Below are positions 1 to 12,104 of a stretch of DNA of 64,000 nucleotides, piece by piece; the stretch's first letter is position 1, and the number at the start of each line of letters is the position of its first letter. Position numbers and translations under genes: made by a program. The notes beneath the pieces are model-generated. The model ran no database searches, was not told the DNA's origin, and saw nothing but the letters and a program-made list of their open reading frames with translations. The DNA is from Spirogloea muscicola (Eukaryota): positions 301,737 to 365,736 of the forward strand of contig WELB01000029.1 in assembly GCA_009602725.1 (NCBI GenBank). The letters are read 5' to 3'.

Positions 1-124
<124 letters not shown>

Positions 125-531
125 CCTCCTCCCCGGGGGCAGCGGCGTGGCTCCAGGCACTCCCCCTTCCCCCCCCTCTCTCCACCCTCCCCCCTTTCTT
201 CCACTCGACAATCTTCAATCTCTGGTCCCTTCCGCTCCTCCATGCCCTCCTCTTCCTCCTTCCCACTCTTTTCTTAGCCTCCCTCCTCCTGCCCTTCCTC
301 CTCTCCTTTTGCAGCTCCGTCTTCCTCTCCCTCCTGGCTTCCTGCCTCCCTCCCTCCCTCTCTCCGCTCCCCTGCCTCCAACCACCCCCCCCCCCTCAAA
401 GCTGTGGGCGAGTCCCAGATCAACTCTGGGGATGATTTGTGGCTAGGGGTGAGAGGCCAACCAAATCTGGAGACAGCCAGATTCTTCTCCTCCCCAGCTT
501 GCTTGCAGGCTCCTTGACTGGCACCCCACAG

Positions 532-1545
532 GACAGCGGCAGCACGGGCCCGCACCGTAGCCTGCGCGTGATCAAGGCCGGGCACATCCGCGACGTGCGC
601 GTCGTGGGCCACTCGGACGGCGCCGCCGCTGACTTCCACCACCCGCTGCTCGACACCGCCGCGCTCCGCGCCCGCGAGGATGCCGCTGTCAGGTCAGCTG
701 GGCCGCCACTAAGCGGCAGGACCTTGCTTAAAGATTTAGGGTTTAGGGTTTAGGGGTTAGGGAATTAGGGGGTTTAGGCGGTTTAGGGGTTTAGGGGTTT
801 AGCGCCAGCTGCAAGACCACCGACTGAGCCCTGCTCGGCTGGGAGTCGCGCTTGCGAGCTCGGCCGGGAGTCATTCCGGCGAGCTATGGCTGTGACGCTT
901 TGTGGACACAGGCAGGCGGAGATGGAAGCGGAGCGGATCGGGGTCGGCGTGACGCAGGAAGCCCAGGACATCTTTGACGCCCTCTCCAAAACGTCAGTCT
1001 ACTTACTTGACTTGCGCCCAACATCAGCTTCTCGATTCTATCAACCCAGATGCAGCAACTCCAAGGTGCACTGGCCACCAGATCTTGCAACTCGACGAGC
1101 TTCGCCGCCGTGGCCTGAGGCTCGCCACGTCAGTCCTTGATGTTTGCTGGCCTCGTGGCGTGGCCCGCCAGGCTGCCCGTGCGGTGGGAGAAGACCGTCA
1201 TAGTTGTCATGGACGAGGTGCAGGTTTCGAGCCCATATCACGCCACTGATGTCGCTGGCGGTAGCACTGCTGCCCTGGAGCGCGTCCGCAAAGTGGTAAG
1301 TCATTACCATTATCTTCACCCCGACTGTTTTCCAAGCATAAGAGTCGATTTCCTCCCAGGTTTCAGAGTTTGAAGCCCAAACCATAGCAGCTAGCGGCGG
1401 CTCCATAGTATCTGGGCTTCCACATTATGCCGTGCCAAGCTTAAGGATAAGGCTTCGGGTATTGGCATTCTCAGACCCTCACATTTATCAATTTATGCAG
1501 CTGGAGCTGGAGCGCAAGCGGCTGCTGGCCCGTGGGAAGAGCTGA
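532..1545 (+). CDS. LSM12: LSM12-like protein with C-terminal anticodon-binding (AD) domain; 5' exon(s) not identified
   Basis: GT-AG exons 532-692, 912-992, 1172-1295 and 1501-1545 splice in frame: ...SLRVIKAGHIRDVRVV...LRAREDAAVR|QAEMEAERIGVGVTQEAQDIFDALSKT|LPVRWEKTVIVVMDEVQVSSPY...ALERVRKV|LELERKRLLARGKS*. The IGVGVT-EAQ-IFDALSKT-LPVRW motif is typical of LSM12. Confidence 0.85.
735..801 (+). repeat. Degenerate interstitial telomeric repeat (TTTAGGG)n in an LSM12 intron
   Basis: tttagggtttagggtttaggggttagggaattagggggtttaggcggtttaggggtttagggg. Confidence 0.9.
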
Positions 1546-2131
1546 GAGCCCCAACAATTGGCACCTTGTGCTGAGCGGCCTTTGTCGGGTGTAAGTTGTT
1601 TCGAGGCAGCTTACCTTCAGGCGTCAAAAATCTTTTGCTGGCAGCTGCATACAGAGCAGCCCATGTTACTGAGCCTCAATAAAGGCCACCAGATCCTTTT
1701 GCCACCAATAATACTGATGTGGAGATGGGAACCCACTGACCTCCCGTGCAGCATGGCAGGCACTCGCTACAGCAACTTGGGTCACCACCACTCGGCTTCT
1801 TGCTATCACTGAGCAGCTGCATGTCGTGCTGATGACTCTTTGCTCAAGCAGCAAGTAGTATAGTTATTTTTCAAGGGCATGATGAGCACTTGACGTGACG
1901 AGCAGCCCTTTGGAGCTAACGATCATTCGCAAGTGCCTCTTGGCTTGATTGCCCTTGTTAATTGGCAAAGAATATTGGTCTTCCAGAGCACCTCTTATGC
2001 TGACAGTATGCCGGCTCCACTACTGTAACAATAGTCTAACCTTAGCAGCTTGCTTGAGCCTTGGATACCGACTGGATCCAGGGAAGCCCAAATTGAGCTA
2101 GATTGCAGAGGGTGTGTGCTTAGCAAAGCTG

Positions 2132-4841
2132 TCACGAGGCTGGCTCGACTGCAGAATCTTGCGATGATGAGGTTCCGAACTCGGGGGAAAAAAATCGCAG
2201 GAGGTCGAGGACGTAATTAGCACAAATAGGTCCAATAAGGTCCCCAATAGCAAAACCTGCAGAACAATAACACCACATTTGGCGAATGAACAGGCTTCTC
2301 TTGCATGGCAAGCACCACACGAACGGCACCCATTGCCTGTAAGTAATCACAAAGAGAAGCTTGCAGGCAGAGCGCCCAGATCCAATATGTGTCAAGACAT
2401 GATGCACAAGAAGGGGTCAGGATGAGGTGATGTCAGCGTTACACGAAATTACAGAAGTCCAAGCTCACTGAGCAAGAGAGCAATACCAGCACCTCTATGA
2501 CAGAGGCCTTCAACAGCAAGCAGTGGAACTGTCTTAGTGTGATACGTACCAAGTATTGGACCGTACTCTGGCCCAATTATGATTGTCAAAAGGCCTGCAC
2601 CGAAGGAAGCTGTCAGCAGGGAGAAGCAAGAGCGGAAAGTGTACAGCGGCACTTTGTGGAGGGCTTCCCACAGCTCTCGCTTTGTCGCTTCAGAGGGCTG
2701 TGACGAGGACTGCAGCCTCTCTGCTTCTCGTCTTTTGATGAAGCGGTAGAAGTCAAAGATGAACTGCACTAGGCAGCCGGCAGCGGTAACAAGTACATTG
2801 GCTGCACAGTGCATAAGTAAGGAGCTCTTCAGCAACACACTTGTGAGTACTAGCAGACCAGCAATACAGACAAATCTAACTCGAGACTGCTGACGCCACA
2901 GAAAGATGGGCGAGAGGAAGCCTGGCTGTCCTTGCAAGTTAAAAGGCAGTCGACTTGCCCACAAAAGCAGTGCTTGTCATTTGCCAGAGCAGGTCCCATC
3001 TGCCAAATCTCTTTCGCCGGACTTTCCGCACAGCAGATTTGGAAATGTCTGCATTGAGGAACTTTATCATGCTTAAAGGATGTGATTGGGTAATGTAAGG
3101 TCTTGCGACAGTGCAACAACTTGCTAACCCCTATGTCTCTGCCAAGCCACCCATATGTTTGAGACACTTCTGGAATTGGTCAGTCGGAATATAGAAAGGC
3201 TTGCACAGGGTTTCAGGCTACTTCCTTCCAAGTCAGCAGCTTGCCAACAAGAAGTGGAGTTCCTTACCATGCCCCACCAAGCATCCCAATTGATGACAAG
3301 AGCAATTCGACCAACTTAATGAGCGGCTTGCACGAAGTTAGGAGCTTTGACCCTATCCACAACTCAGCCAAGAAAGATAAGTTTGCACCTTTTGTCAGCT
3401 TCCACATCAGGCGCTTGGAGAGGACAAGCTGGGCGCATCTCTCGAGGAGGCGCGTCGTTGTCCTCACTATCACCTTCCAGACAGCGGACACACAGCTCGT
3501 CCAAGGTCAACATAGCCCAGAACTGTAAGGAAGGGGCATCGGCGGAGTGATTGAAATAGTCCAACCACTTCACGATCACAACCGGCAGACCAGCAAATCA
3601 CCACTTGGGAAGTTGATTCCCAAGTGACTCTGCTCTAGCTTGATAATTTTTAAAGATCTGCTTGAGATTGTACTTATTCATGAGGGAGTTTGTAGTCCAC
3701 TTTAGGGCCTGTGATAGCCACCAACGCAGTGCTGTTATAGGCTGGCTCCTCCCTGGCAAGGAACTGATGGAGGAGGAGGGGCTGAGAAGCAGTACCTCCC
3801 GGTGGACACCCCAGAGAGTCTGACAGCCAGCAAGGACCCAGTCTGGAGGCGGCTTGGGTGGCCGCAGCCGCGGCTCCAAGTTCTGGTCCTCGTCCTCCTC
3901 AAACTGTTCCACGGAGCGGATGACAAGCACAACTTCAAAACCCTCATCAAGCAACTCAAAGCAATTTCAAAGTTCAAGCAACTCCTGCTTAGGCCAATCG
4001 GCCTGCTGTGACAGCAAGTGCATAGTGCAGTCTGTACTAATACCAGCTTGCAAGAACATAATTAAAGATATGGAAGAGATAATAAAAGATGACAATGGGC
4101 TCTGCTGTCCAGCTCGCCTCTTGGGCAGGAGCATGGGCTCACCTGTATGTAAGGCTCCAGCATGATGAGGAGGTTGGAGACGAGGTTGCGCAGGAAGGCG
4201 ACCAGGAGGCTCCGGAACTCGAACGCGGACAGCACGCCCTTGAGCGCGTACGAGTACTCCTTGTCCGGCGGCCTGAAGACGAAGCGCTCGAGCTCCCCGT
4301 CCTCCTCGGCTGCCGCTGCTGCCTCGCACAGCGCCAGCCTCGGTCGGGGCCACAGGCTGCTCAGCCACGAGCGCTCCTGCCTGAAGGTACACCCAGAGAT
4401 CCAGTAAACTAGTAAATCTGGTCAGCTCCACAACTCCTTCTGCCACTGGACCTGCCCCACATTGTCATCAGCGAGCCCCGGCCGCGCTGATCGCCTTGCC
4501 AGGAGCTACTCAAATGGCAGCTTTACAGCCGCTAATTGACTATCAGCAGCCGCATTCGCCTCGGCTGTGGCCGGCCTCCACAAGGCAAGATGGCACGCGG
4601 AGGCAACGATGGGATCCTTCTAGAAGTCCTTGAAGCCAATAGCTCGTTCGCTCACCGTCAAGGCGGCCTGCGAGACGGCGCCGCTGGCGGCTCTGAGCAC
4701 GAGGTCGGGAGAAGGCATCGGCTCGTGGGGCGGCCTCACCTGCAGTGGCCGCCGGACGGCGGCTCGGCGGCCGCCGCGGGCGCCGCGGGCCACCAGGAGC
4801 GCAGGATGGCGGCGCCGTTGGCGGTGAGGCAGGGCCCGGCC
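2132..4841 (-). CDS. Conserved hypothetical membrane protein (multi-exon; start lies in or near gap 4842-5060)
   Basis: Exons with splice sites join in frame: QERSWLSSLWPRP...FRPPDKEYSYALKGVLSAFEFRSLLVAFLRNLVSNLLIMLEPYIQ | FEEDEDQNLEPRLRPPKPPPDW | ...VWKVIVRTTTRLLERCAQLVLSKRLMWKLTK | DISKSAVRKVRRKRF...STAFV | ANVLVTAAGCLVQFIFDFYRF...SFGAGLLTIIIGPEYG | GFAIGDLIGPICANYVLDLL...EPAS*. The C-terminus has hydrophobic segments. Confidence 0.7.
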
Positions 4842-5193
4842 NNNNNNNNNNNNNNNNNNNNNNNNNNNNNNNNNNNNNNNNNNNNNNNNNNNNNNNNNNN
4901 NNNNNNNNNNNNNNNNNNNNNNNNNNNNNNNNNNNNNNNNNNNNNNNNNNNNNNNNNNNNNNNNNNNNNNNNNNNNNNNNNNNNNNNNNNNNNNNNNNNN
5001 NNNNNNNNNNNNNNNNNNNNNNNNNNNNNNNNNNNNNNNNNNNNNNNNNNNNNNNNNNNNCCTCGCGCCGCGGCGCGCGGCGGCGATGCCGCGGCCAGAG
5101 CCGGAGGGCGCGGCTGCAGGGCCCGCCGCTGTCGAGGCTCCCGACGGGCGCCGTCAGCAGAGAAGACGGCAACAGCTCGTCACGTTTATCCGA

Positions 5194-5315
5194 CCTGGAG
5201 GCTCTCGGTGCCTTGTGGCTCTTGTGTCCTGCTACCGCATGCGGTCATCCATATGACCCTACAGCGGTCCCAGGCGCTTGCTTTGCATCGCCGGGCCGGT
5301 TGCGCGCTTGCAGCA
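5194..5315 (+). mobile_element. 3'-terminal fragment of an RLE-type non-LTR retrotransposon
   Basis: DNA closely matches 42395-42510; encodes (with a frameshift) ...VSCYRMR..MTLQRSQALALHRRAGCALAA. Confidence 0.75.
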
Positions 5316-5317
5316 AA

Positions 5318-5740
5318 GAAAGTGCGCGCCCATAGAGAAGAAGGGCTGGCAAAGCCAGCCCAAAAAAGAATGGACAATGTCCAAAGCCAAAGAAAAAGGA
5401 AAAAGGACCTTGTCAATCTCGAATCGGGCTGGCTGTTCACAGTCCTTGGCCCCTTTGGGAGAGCCACTTCCTTTCATACAGCCATCGCCCTCTACTGGAA
5501 GAGACTCTCACTGTGGAAAGCCAGTCCAGAAGGGAGAATAAGATAAAGTGGGAAGAATGAATGGTTGGCATGTTAGGTCTAGGGCATACCCCTAGACATT
5601 GTCCTGTACTGTCTGGTGGGGCTGGCCTCTCACAGCCACCTCCGGTCTCATCTGAGCGGCCACTGCCCTTCTCGAGATGTCAACTTGGGGGCCTTAGGCT
5701 GTGCCTCCAGACTTCCACCAAGCCTTTCACAGCCAAAGCC
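5318..5740. repeat. Cluster of ~75-bp GCCAGCCC hairpin repeats in both orientations
   Basis: 5318-5388 aaagtgcgcgcccatagagaagaagggctggcaaagccagcccaaaaaagaatggacaatgtccaaagcc; inverted copy at 5405-5470; partial copies near 5510, 5620 and 5725. Confidence 0.75.
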
Positions 5741-6615
5741 TCCTCGTGAACGAGCCTTAGTGTACTAGCTGGCTAGTGGAGTAACCATGCAAGGTAGGAG
5801 GCAGCTGCAGTGTGAACGAACAGGCCCAACCGGCTATGCTGGTGTGGCCAGAAAGTAGCTCATAGAGACCCAGTTAACTGCAGGAGGGGCCACCAATTAG
5901 AGGAGCTTGCACCACGCCGCACCCAGCGCCGCACCCAGTGGACTAAATCCGCCCTGCCATCACCCACCTGCACACGGAAGCTCTTCGTCCCCTGCCTTGA
6001 AATTATTATAGCTTGCATCAGTACGATGACTAGGCCTTTTCCCCCACACCTGCCTCCGCACCTCGCTTGGCGAGCAGAGTCATACGCGGCCTTGATATTG
6101 ACGAGGTTAGCAAGTAGGGTAGCAAGCCTGCGGCGAAGCTATGTGCCCGGAGGGCGCCAGGTCACTTGTTGGACCATGATAGCCTGCAACTTGTGGACTT
6201 TGTGCGACTCAAAGAAGGTAAGGCACTTTGCAAAGAGTCTGTATTGTCCCAGCTTGTCCATCAACTACAGCTTCAACATACAGCAAAAGCTCTAAGTTTA
6301 AGTCGTCGCACTGTACGAGCACATCCTACATTCAGCTGCAGTAAGATAAGCTACCCAACCTCTAGTGCCATAGGGCTGAGTCACCATGGCCGCAGCCCTG
6401 CAGCAGGCCTGCCTTGGAACATTTGGCTGTTGTATGAGTACTGGAGCAGTAAGGAGCAACTTGTAGAAGCAACTCGTAGGCAGCGAGTGCAAGTTTTGAC
6501 GGCGAACATGCAACTCAATGAAGTGCTTCCTTGGCGGTTGGTGTCACTGGAAGCTCTGGTGTTAGTCACAGAAACGACCAACCCACATGCTCAGCCACCC
6601 GGCGCACTTGCATCT

Positions 6616-8982
6616 TTAGTAACGACCTCCGCCTCCGTAAGAACCGCTGGGCTCGTAGCCTCCGCCCCCTCCATAAGTGCCGCCGCTACCGCCAGCACCA
6701 TATCCGGTACCACCTCCATAACTTCCGCCCCCGCCATACCTAATGGGGCACCAAAACAAAGACATATTCAAAACACTTCTATACGTCCCCTCTGACTCAC
6801 CTATGAGCCCTCAACTTACTTCCGCGACTCTGGCTGATGGAAGACCTTGAGCATGTGCAATTGCTGGCAGCCAGGAATGCTTACCCTCCACCTCCACCGT
6901 AACCCCCGCCACCGCTCCGGGCTTCAGGACAATCTCGAGAAATGTGCCCCTCCTGTCCACAATTATAACAAGCTCTACTGCCTCCTCCAGAGCGACCGCC
7001 AAATCCGCCACCATAACCCCCACCCGAGCCAGATGGACCATTGGGACACTCGCGAGCGAAGTGCCCAGGCTGCCACAAGAGCACGGCCAAATCTCAATCA
7101 CCAAGAGAGATGGATCATCGCAAGAGTAAGTGAAGGTCAACTTGATGTCATAGCCCTTGCACATTGGTGAGGCTCAGTAGGAGACAAGTGTGTGACACAT
7201 GTAATTTACCTCTCCACACTGGTAGCAACCGCCGCCGCCACCGCCGCCACCGCCGCCGCCGCCGCCAACACCTGACCGCCTGCCGCCCCATGCATCTCCA
7301 TATGACGTGCGCTCAGTCTCACGGCCCCTGCTGAAACTTGAGAAGGTCGGGTCATCCCTTCCGCCGCCCCCATATCCACCTCCTCCTCCATAGCCTGCAC
7401 CACCCCCAAAGCCTCCTCCACTAGCTCCATAGGCTCCGCCCCCATAAGCGCCCCCAGCAGGTGCTCCTCCATATGCACCGGCAGGTGCACCTCCGACACC
7501 TGGTGCAACTACTCCTCCAGCCCGTTCCTCGGCTTCCCTCCGCTTCTCCGAAGGCCGCTTGGCAGTTCCAGCCTGCGCCTTCTCGATTGCAATTTTCTGC
7601 AACAGCGGTCCGAGGCAGCAATTCAAGGAAGAGTGAGAAGACCTACTAATGATCATGAGAAGTGCATGTGAGCGTCCCATAAACAGACAATGTGCAACAT
7701 TAACCGGGGGGTGAAGAGCAGTGCCCCATGCATATGCATCTAACAAGTTAGAACTGACTAGTTTCTCATCGATACCAGGGCACGCAAAGACAAGGTGAGA
7801 CCCACCTCAAAAGACTCCAAGAGCTCTTCGAACTTCCTCTCCTTCAAGGCCACCTCATCCTTCAGTGACTTTGTCTCATCAGGTTCAGACACCTTCTCCA
7901 ACTCACTCCTGGCAAATGCGAGCTCAGCTTCAGCTGCCTTCTTCTCCTCGTGCTGCTCAGGCGTGAGAACAAGCTGTCATAGGAATTGACAAGCACCAAG
8001 TGTCAGCTACAAACATCACCATGCCTAACAACTCAATGCCGACTGGTATAGGTCAATGAAGAAATAGACTCATATCTCATTATCGATATTCAAAGTACTG
8101 GTGATGCAAGACTGGCGAGCTTGTTTCCAGCTTTTGAGCTACAGATCACTAATTTCAATCAGGAGAAAGCCCAAAATGCATGATCCAAGATGCAAGTGCT
8201 GCAAATCAGGGCCTCAAAAGCACGTAGACTATAAATGCTGGGGCTTGAGAGGGTTCGTGTCATTGCTTGAGAAAGTCATTGCTTGAGAAATCCATGAAAA
8301 GCCTCAGATCCCCTGCATCGTGAATGACGTGGCAGTAGGACCTAACTGGTTGATCACATTCACAACAGTCATCAATCTACATCAGCAGCCTCAGAACCAA
8401 CTGTCAGCTTGTAGTTCCAGAGAAGCTGAAGAGGACTTTGACATGTACCGATGGCTTCCAGTCTTTCTGCACTAGCTCCTTGAGAAGCTCCGTCTCATTC
8501 TTTCCCTCCCGCTCAGCTATAATCTGCTCGCGTGGTCGTGCTGCTCCAAAGGGGTTGGGCTGCAGCAGGACGGTCAGGACATCCTTGAAAGGCAGTCAGT
8601 CCCTTGCTCAATAACGGCCCAAGACAGCCAGGATGCATGTCAGTGAGCGTGGCATGCCAACCTTGGCAAGAAGCACAGGTATAGGCCGACCAATATTCGC
8701 AGCAGCTGAGCATCGAGCCTCAAGCAGGCACGAAACACGCGAGGCACAACTAGGCTTTCGTTCGAAGCGAAACAAGGCGCGAGATAGTGACCGGCGAGCT
8801 CCACGAGAGGCCTGGACGGGAGGGAGGCCAGGGCCGGGGCCGGGGGCTGTCAGGGGAGTGCGGCCAACCTTGGTGGTCTTAGCGGGCGCGACGGCGGCGG
8901 CAGCGGCGGTGGCATCGTCGCTGCGCGGCGCGAGCGAGAGCTTGGGGCGCCCGGCGGGGACCTCGTCGGCGGCGTACTCCAT
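6616..8982 (-). CDS. Plant-type eIF4B-like protein with Gly-rich C-terminus and two CCHC zinc knuckles
   Basis: ATG at 8982: [21 protein letters not shown]...|[20 protein letters not shown]...|[18 protein letters not shown]...(coiled coil)|KIAIEKAQ...[18 protein letters not shown]...[15 protein letters not shown]...|YGGGG...GRY* (TAA 6616-6618). RPKLxLxPR and [10 protein letters not shown] are eIF4B-family motifs. Confidence 0.8.
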
Positions 8983-9610
8983 GGCGGGCGGCGCGGCGGG
9001 CGGCGCGGCGACGGGCGCGGGCGCGGCGTGGCGTGGCGCGCTGGAAACGGAGTGACCCCTTCTAGACTGCCCGCCAGCCCTAACTACCTCGCGGGGGCGC
9101 AACTCACAACAGTATTAAGCCATAGTAGTGATTTTAAGAACGTCATTGGTGCGAACGGCCCCGGCACAGGCAGTCGTCAGACCATCGTTTAAGCCATTCA
9201 GGCGCTCGGCCGCCCACTTCCCCTGCGCTGGACAATTACGGCGTCATTTGTTCACCGATCTTCGCTAGCGTCGTTGCGCGTGACGCTTTCCCTTCCCTGC
9301 AGCTCCAGTAACGACGGCGGGGTGCTGACGACGAGTCCTCTGCGGGTCCGGCCCGTCCTCCGCTGGGCTCGGCGCGTCCGGCCGTGGACGGAGCGCCCTC
9401 ACGGGGTTCGGGGTTTAAGCCCAGCCGCCTCCGTAGCCGCCCGCGGCGCCCCGCCCTCCCGCCCCGCAGCCGCCACCCACAGCCGGGCGCCGACGTCCGC
9501 GGCGTCGTCCTCAACGTGGCTGACATACCCAAGCGGGCACCAAGGGCGGGCGCGCCTTCCTGCCGCTGTCGGCTTCACGGCCCTCCGAGAGCCTGTGCTG
9601 GGCACACGGC

Positions 9611-11165
9611 TCATCTCAGATAGGCGTCTAGCTCGTCCGTCTCCTCGGCAGCCGCCTCCGTCGACGTCCTTATCCTCTTCCCGTCGCGAGGGCCCGTCCT
9701 CCCCCTCTTCTGCTGCTGCTTGTTCCTGGGCCCACACAAGCAGACAAGTCTGTCTGATTATAGTATTGGTCAGTATTGTGAAAATGTGAAAACAAAGTGC
9801 CGAACACAGCACCATGATGGGCATGATGGCGGCCTCCATATCTTGCCCGCCAAGTGCAGTGCTTGATTTCACAAGTATATCCACGTGCCACATCTCCAAT
9901 CTTACCAATAAGTATCACAGTCTAAGTGTTGTAAGCCCAAGAGATGTTGGATGTCTTGCACTTACGGGCCATTTGATGGTGTCGTTGACACCTTAAGTCT
10001 ACTTCCGGCGACTGCAGCTTCGGGCCTCCCCTCTGGACACGAACAGAAGACACAACCATTCATTGCATTGCAGTCCTGGGACACCCATCAGCATCAAGAA
10101 GGATTAAAATAAGAGCACACTGCTTGCTTGCCCACCTACATGCAACAGATACATACGGTGCAAAGATGCACCCACCCAATTGAAGACCAGCCTCCTTCTC
10201 CTTGACCTATCACATCGACCCCAAGTGATGATTATCAGGCTTGCCCGTGTCATAGAAGGGTCTGGAGAAGGCAAAGAAAGTATTGTCTGCAACTCGCTTC
10301 ACTCAGCAGCTGAACAAGAAGCTATAGCCCTCCACAAAACAACAAGACCAGCATTGCCGCAACACTGGTAATGCTGCCTAATCAGAAATGCAAGTAACGA
10401 CTGTCACTGCAAAAGCAGAACAGACAATAGCTTGCTTTCAAGCAAGCTGCCACGTCTAGAATGAGTGACACTCCAGACTGTGAGGTCAAATTTGAATTGA
10501 CAAGAAGCTCACCGCAGGCGATGTGACGGATGACAGCGAGAACAGGCGGTCCTCTGGCTGAAACTTCCGAGGCCTCTTGGTGCTGCACAGAAAGGAGCTA
10601 CAATGAATGACGCTATGATGTCTTTGCCAACCAAAGGTATCAATATGTCAGCAATTACTTAAGTACGATCACTATCATCGTCCAGTACAGAGGAACAGAA
10701 TGTGCAGCTCATTGTATTCAACCATGTGTCAGATGTCATAGTACTAGAATAGCTGTAAGCATACACAATTGGCAGTGGTCCTGAGAAGGTCTTGCTCATC
10801 ATACAAGAGAAAGCTCCATCTGATCACAGTGAAGCTTCTTACTTGCTGGCATTCTTTGTCGAGGATAAGAAACCATCGAAGCCCTTGAGGACGTTGCCGC
10901 ACTGGCTAGTGTCGTGCAGGTAACTTGTCTCCAGATCGTAAACCTGTATACCAAGCCAGACTTCAGGCATACACATCGCTCTTCCTCAGAATACTGCTTG
11001 TTGCAATACATACTGAAAGCGACTAAGCTCTTTGAAGTGTACAGCAATGTGGGATAGGCTAGGAAAGGCTTGTGAGAGCACCTGCTTCTCAACGTTGCGC
11101 AGCTCCTCCTCCAGCTTCTCCTTCTTGGCGAGCAGCGCCGCCAGGGAGGCAGGAAAGGTGGACAT
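9611..11165 (-). CDS. EAF6: Chromatin modification-related protein EAF6 (NuA4/MEAF6 family)
   Basis: MSTFPASLAALLAKKEKLEEELRNVEKQ|VYDLETSYLHDTSQCGNVLKGFDGFLSSTKNAS|SIKRPRKFQPEDRLFSLSSVTSP...|NKQQQKRGRTGPRDGKRIRTS...AYLR*. Contains the YDLETSYL, GNVLKGFDGFL and DRLFSLSS motifs. Confidence 0.92.
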
Positions 11166-11784
11166 AACGCGTCTTCGGCCAGCATCAACCACCATCCCTC
11201 TCAGCCCGGGCTCACGACCGCAACCATGGCCGAAGGGCGAGCTGCAGGCTGCGGAGCAAGGCCTCCGGCAGCCCAAGGGCCAGCCCGCCCGGAAGCTCTC
11301 GGCGAGCCCCACCCCCTGGAGAGGCCGCCCAAGCACGGCCTTGGAGTCGCTTCCCGCTTGCAACGCCCGACTCTGCGCTGCTGGGATGCCGCCACAGCGA
11401 TCAGCCCGGGCCCGCGAGCGCCGGCAGGGCCGTCATCGAGGTCGGCAGCGGCGCCAGCTGGCCTGGCGGCGGCGGCACGAGCGCAGGCCTGTAGGCGCAG
11501 TCTTCCTGCCTCTCTGGCTCGGCTGCTCCGCTTGGCCGAGAGGACTGATGGGGCCTCAGCGGCTAAGTCCCACGGAGCTCCCCACCAGCTGGGCTGGCCT
11601 GGCTGGACCTTGGGGGCCGGGGGTGGGGAGGTCCCTTCCCCAGCCGGTCGTGAGCTCCTATGGTGGAGGGGAGGTAACGGGGGGGGGGCGTGCCGGAGCT
11701 TCGCTTCCGCAGTCACGCGACTGATGGCGGGCTCCTCGAAATCATTTCCATCGGTTATTGGCCATCGGGCGCCCGGCCTCGTGC

Positions 11785-11808
11785 TTTAGGGTTGAGGGGC
11801 TTTAGGGC
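11785..11808 (+). promoter_or_regulatory. Telo-box-like motifs in the divergent EAF6/CTF18 promoter
   Basis: tttagggttgaggggctttaggg inside the GC-rich, ~940-bp head-to-head intergenic region. Confidence 0.4.
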
Positions 11809-12104
11809 TCGGCTCGAGGGCGCACGAGACCCCACAACCGGGTCCCGGCCACCGGGACCGGTCCCGGTTCCGCCCCACTGTTCAAGGTGCCACAGGCTCG
11901 TCGACAAGACCACGGGAGACGCACAGCAGAGCACAACACAGCGGCGAGCCCAAGCGCCACGGACCGTGACCGGGCCGGTCCGCTGGAACCGGCCCTGGCT
12001 CTGGGCCCCCCCTCTCCCGCGCAAGAATTACGAAGCCTGCCCCGCGCAAACGTCATTCCTTCCCTTCTGGCGCTGACGCCCTGCTCGCCGCCGGCGGCGC
12101 CGCC

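Noticed and set aside
147..446. Pro/Leu-rich ORF
   Set aside because: Translation of a C/T low-complexity tract with a GTG start and no splice link to LSM12.
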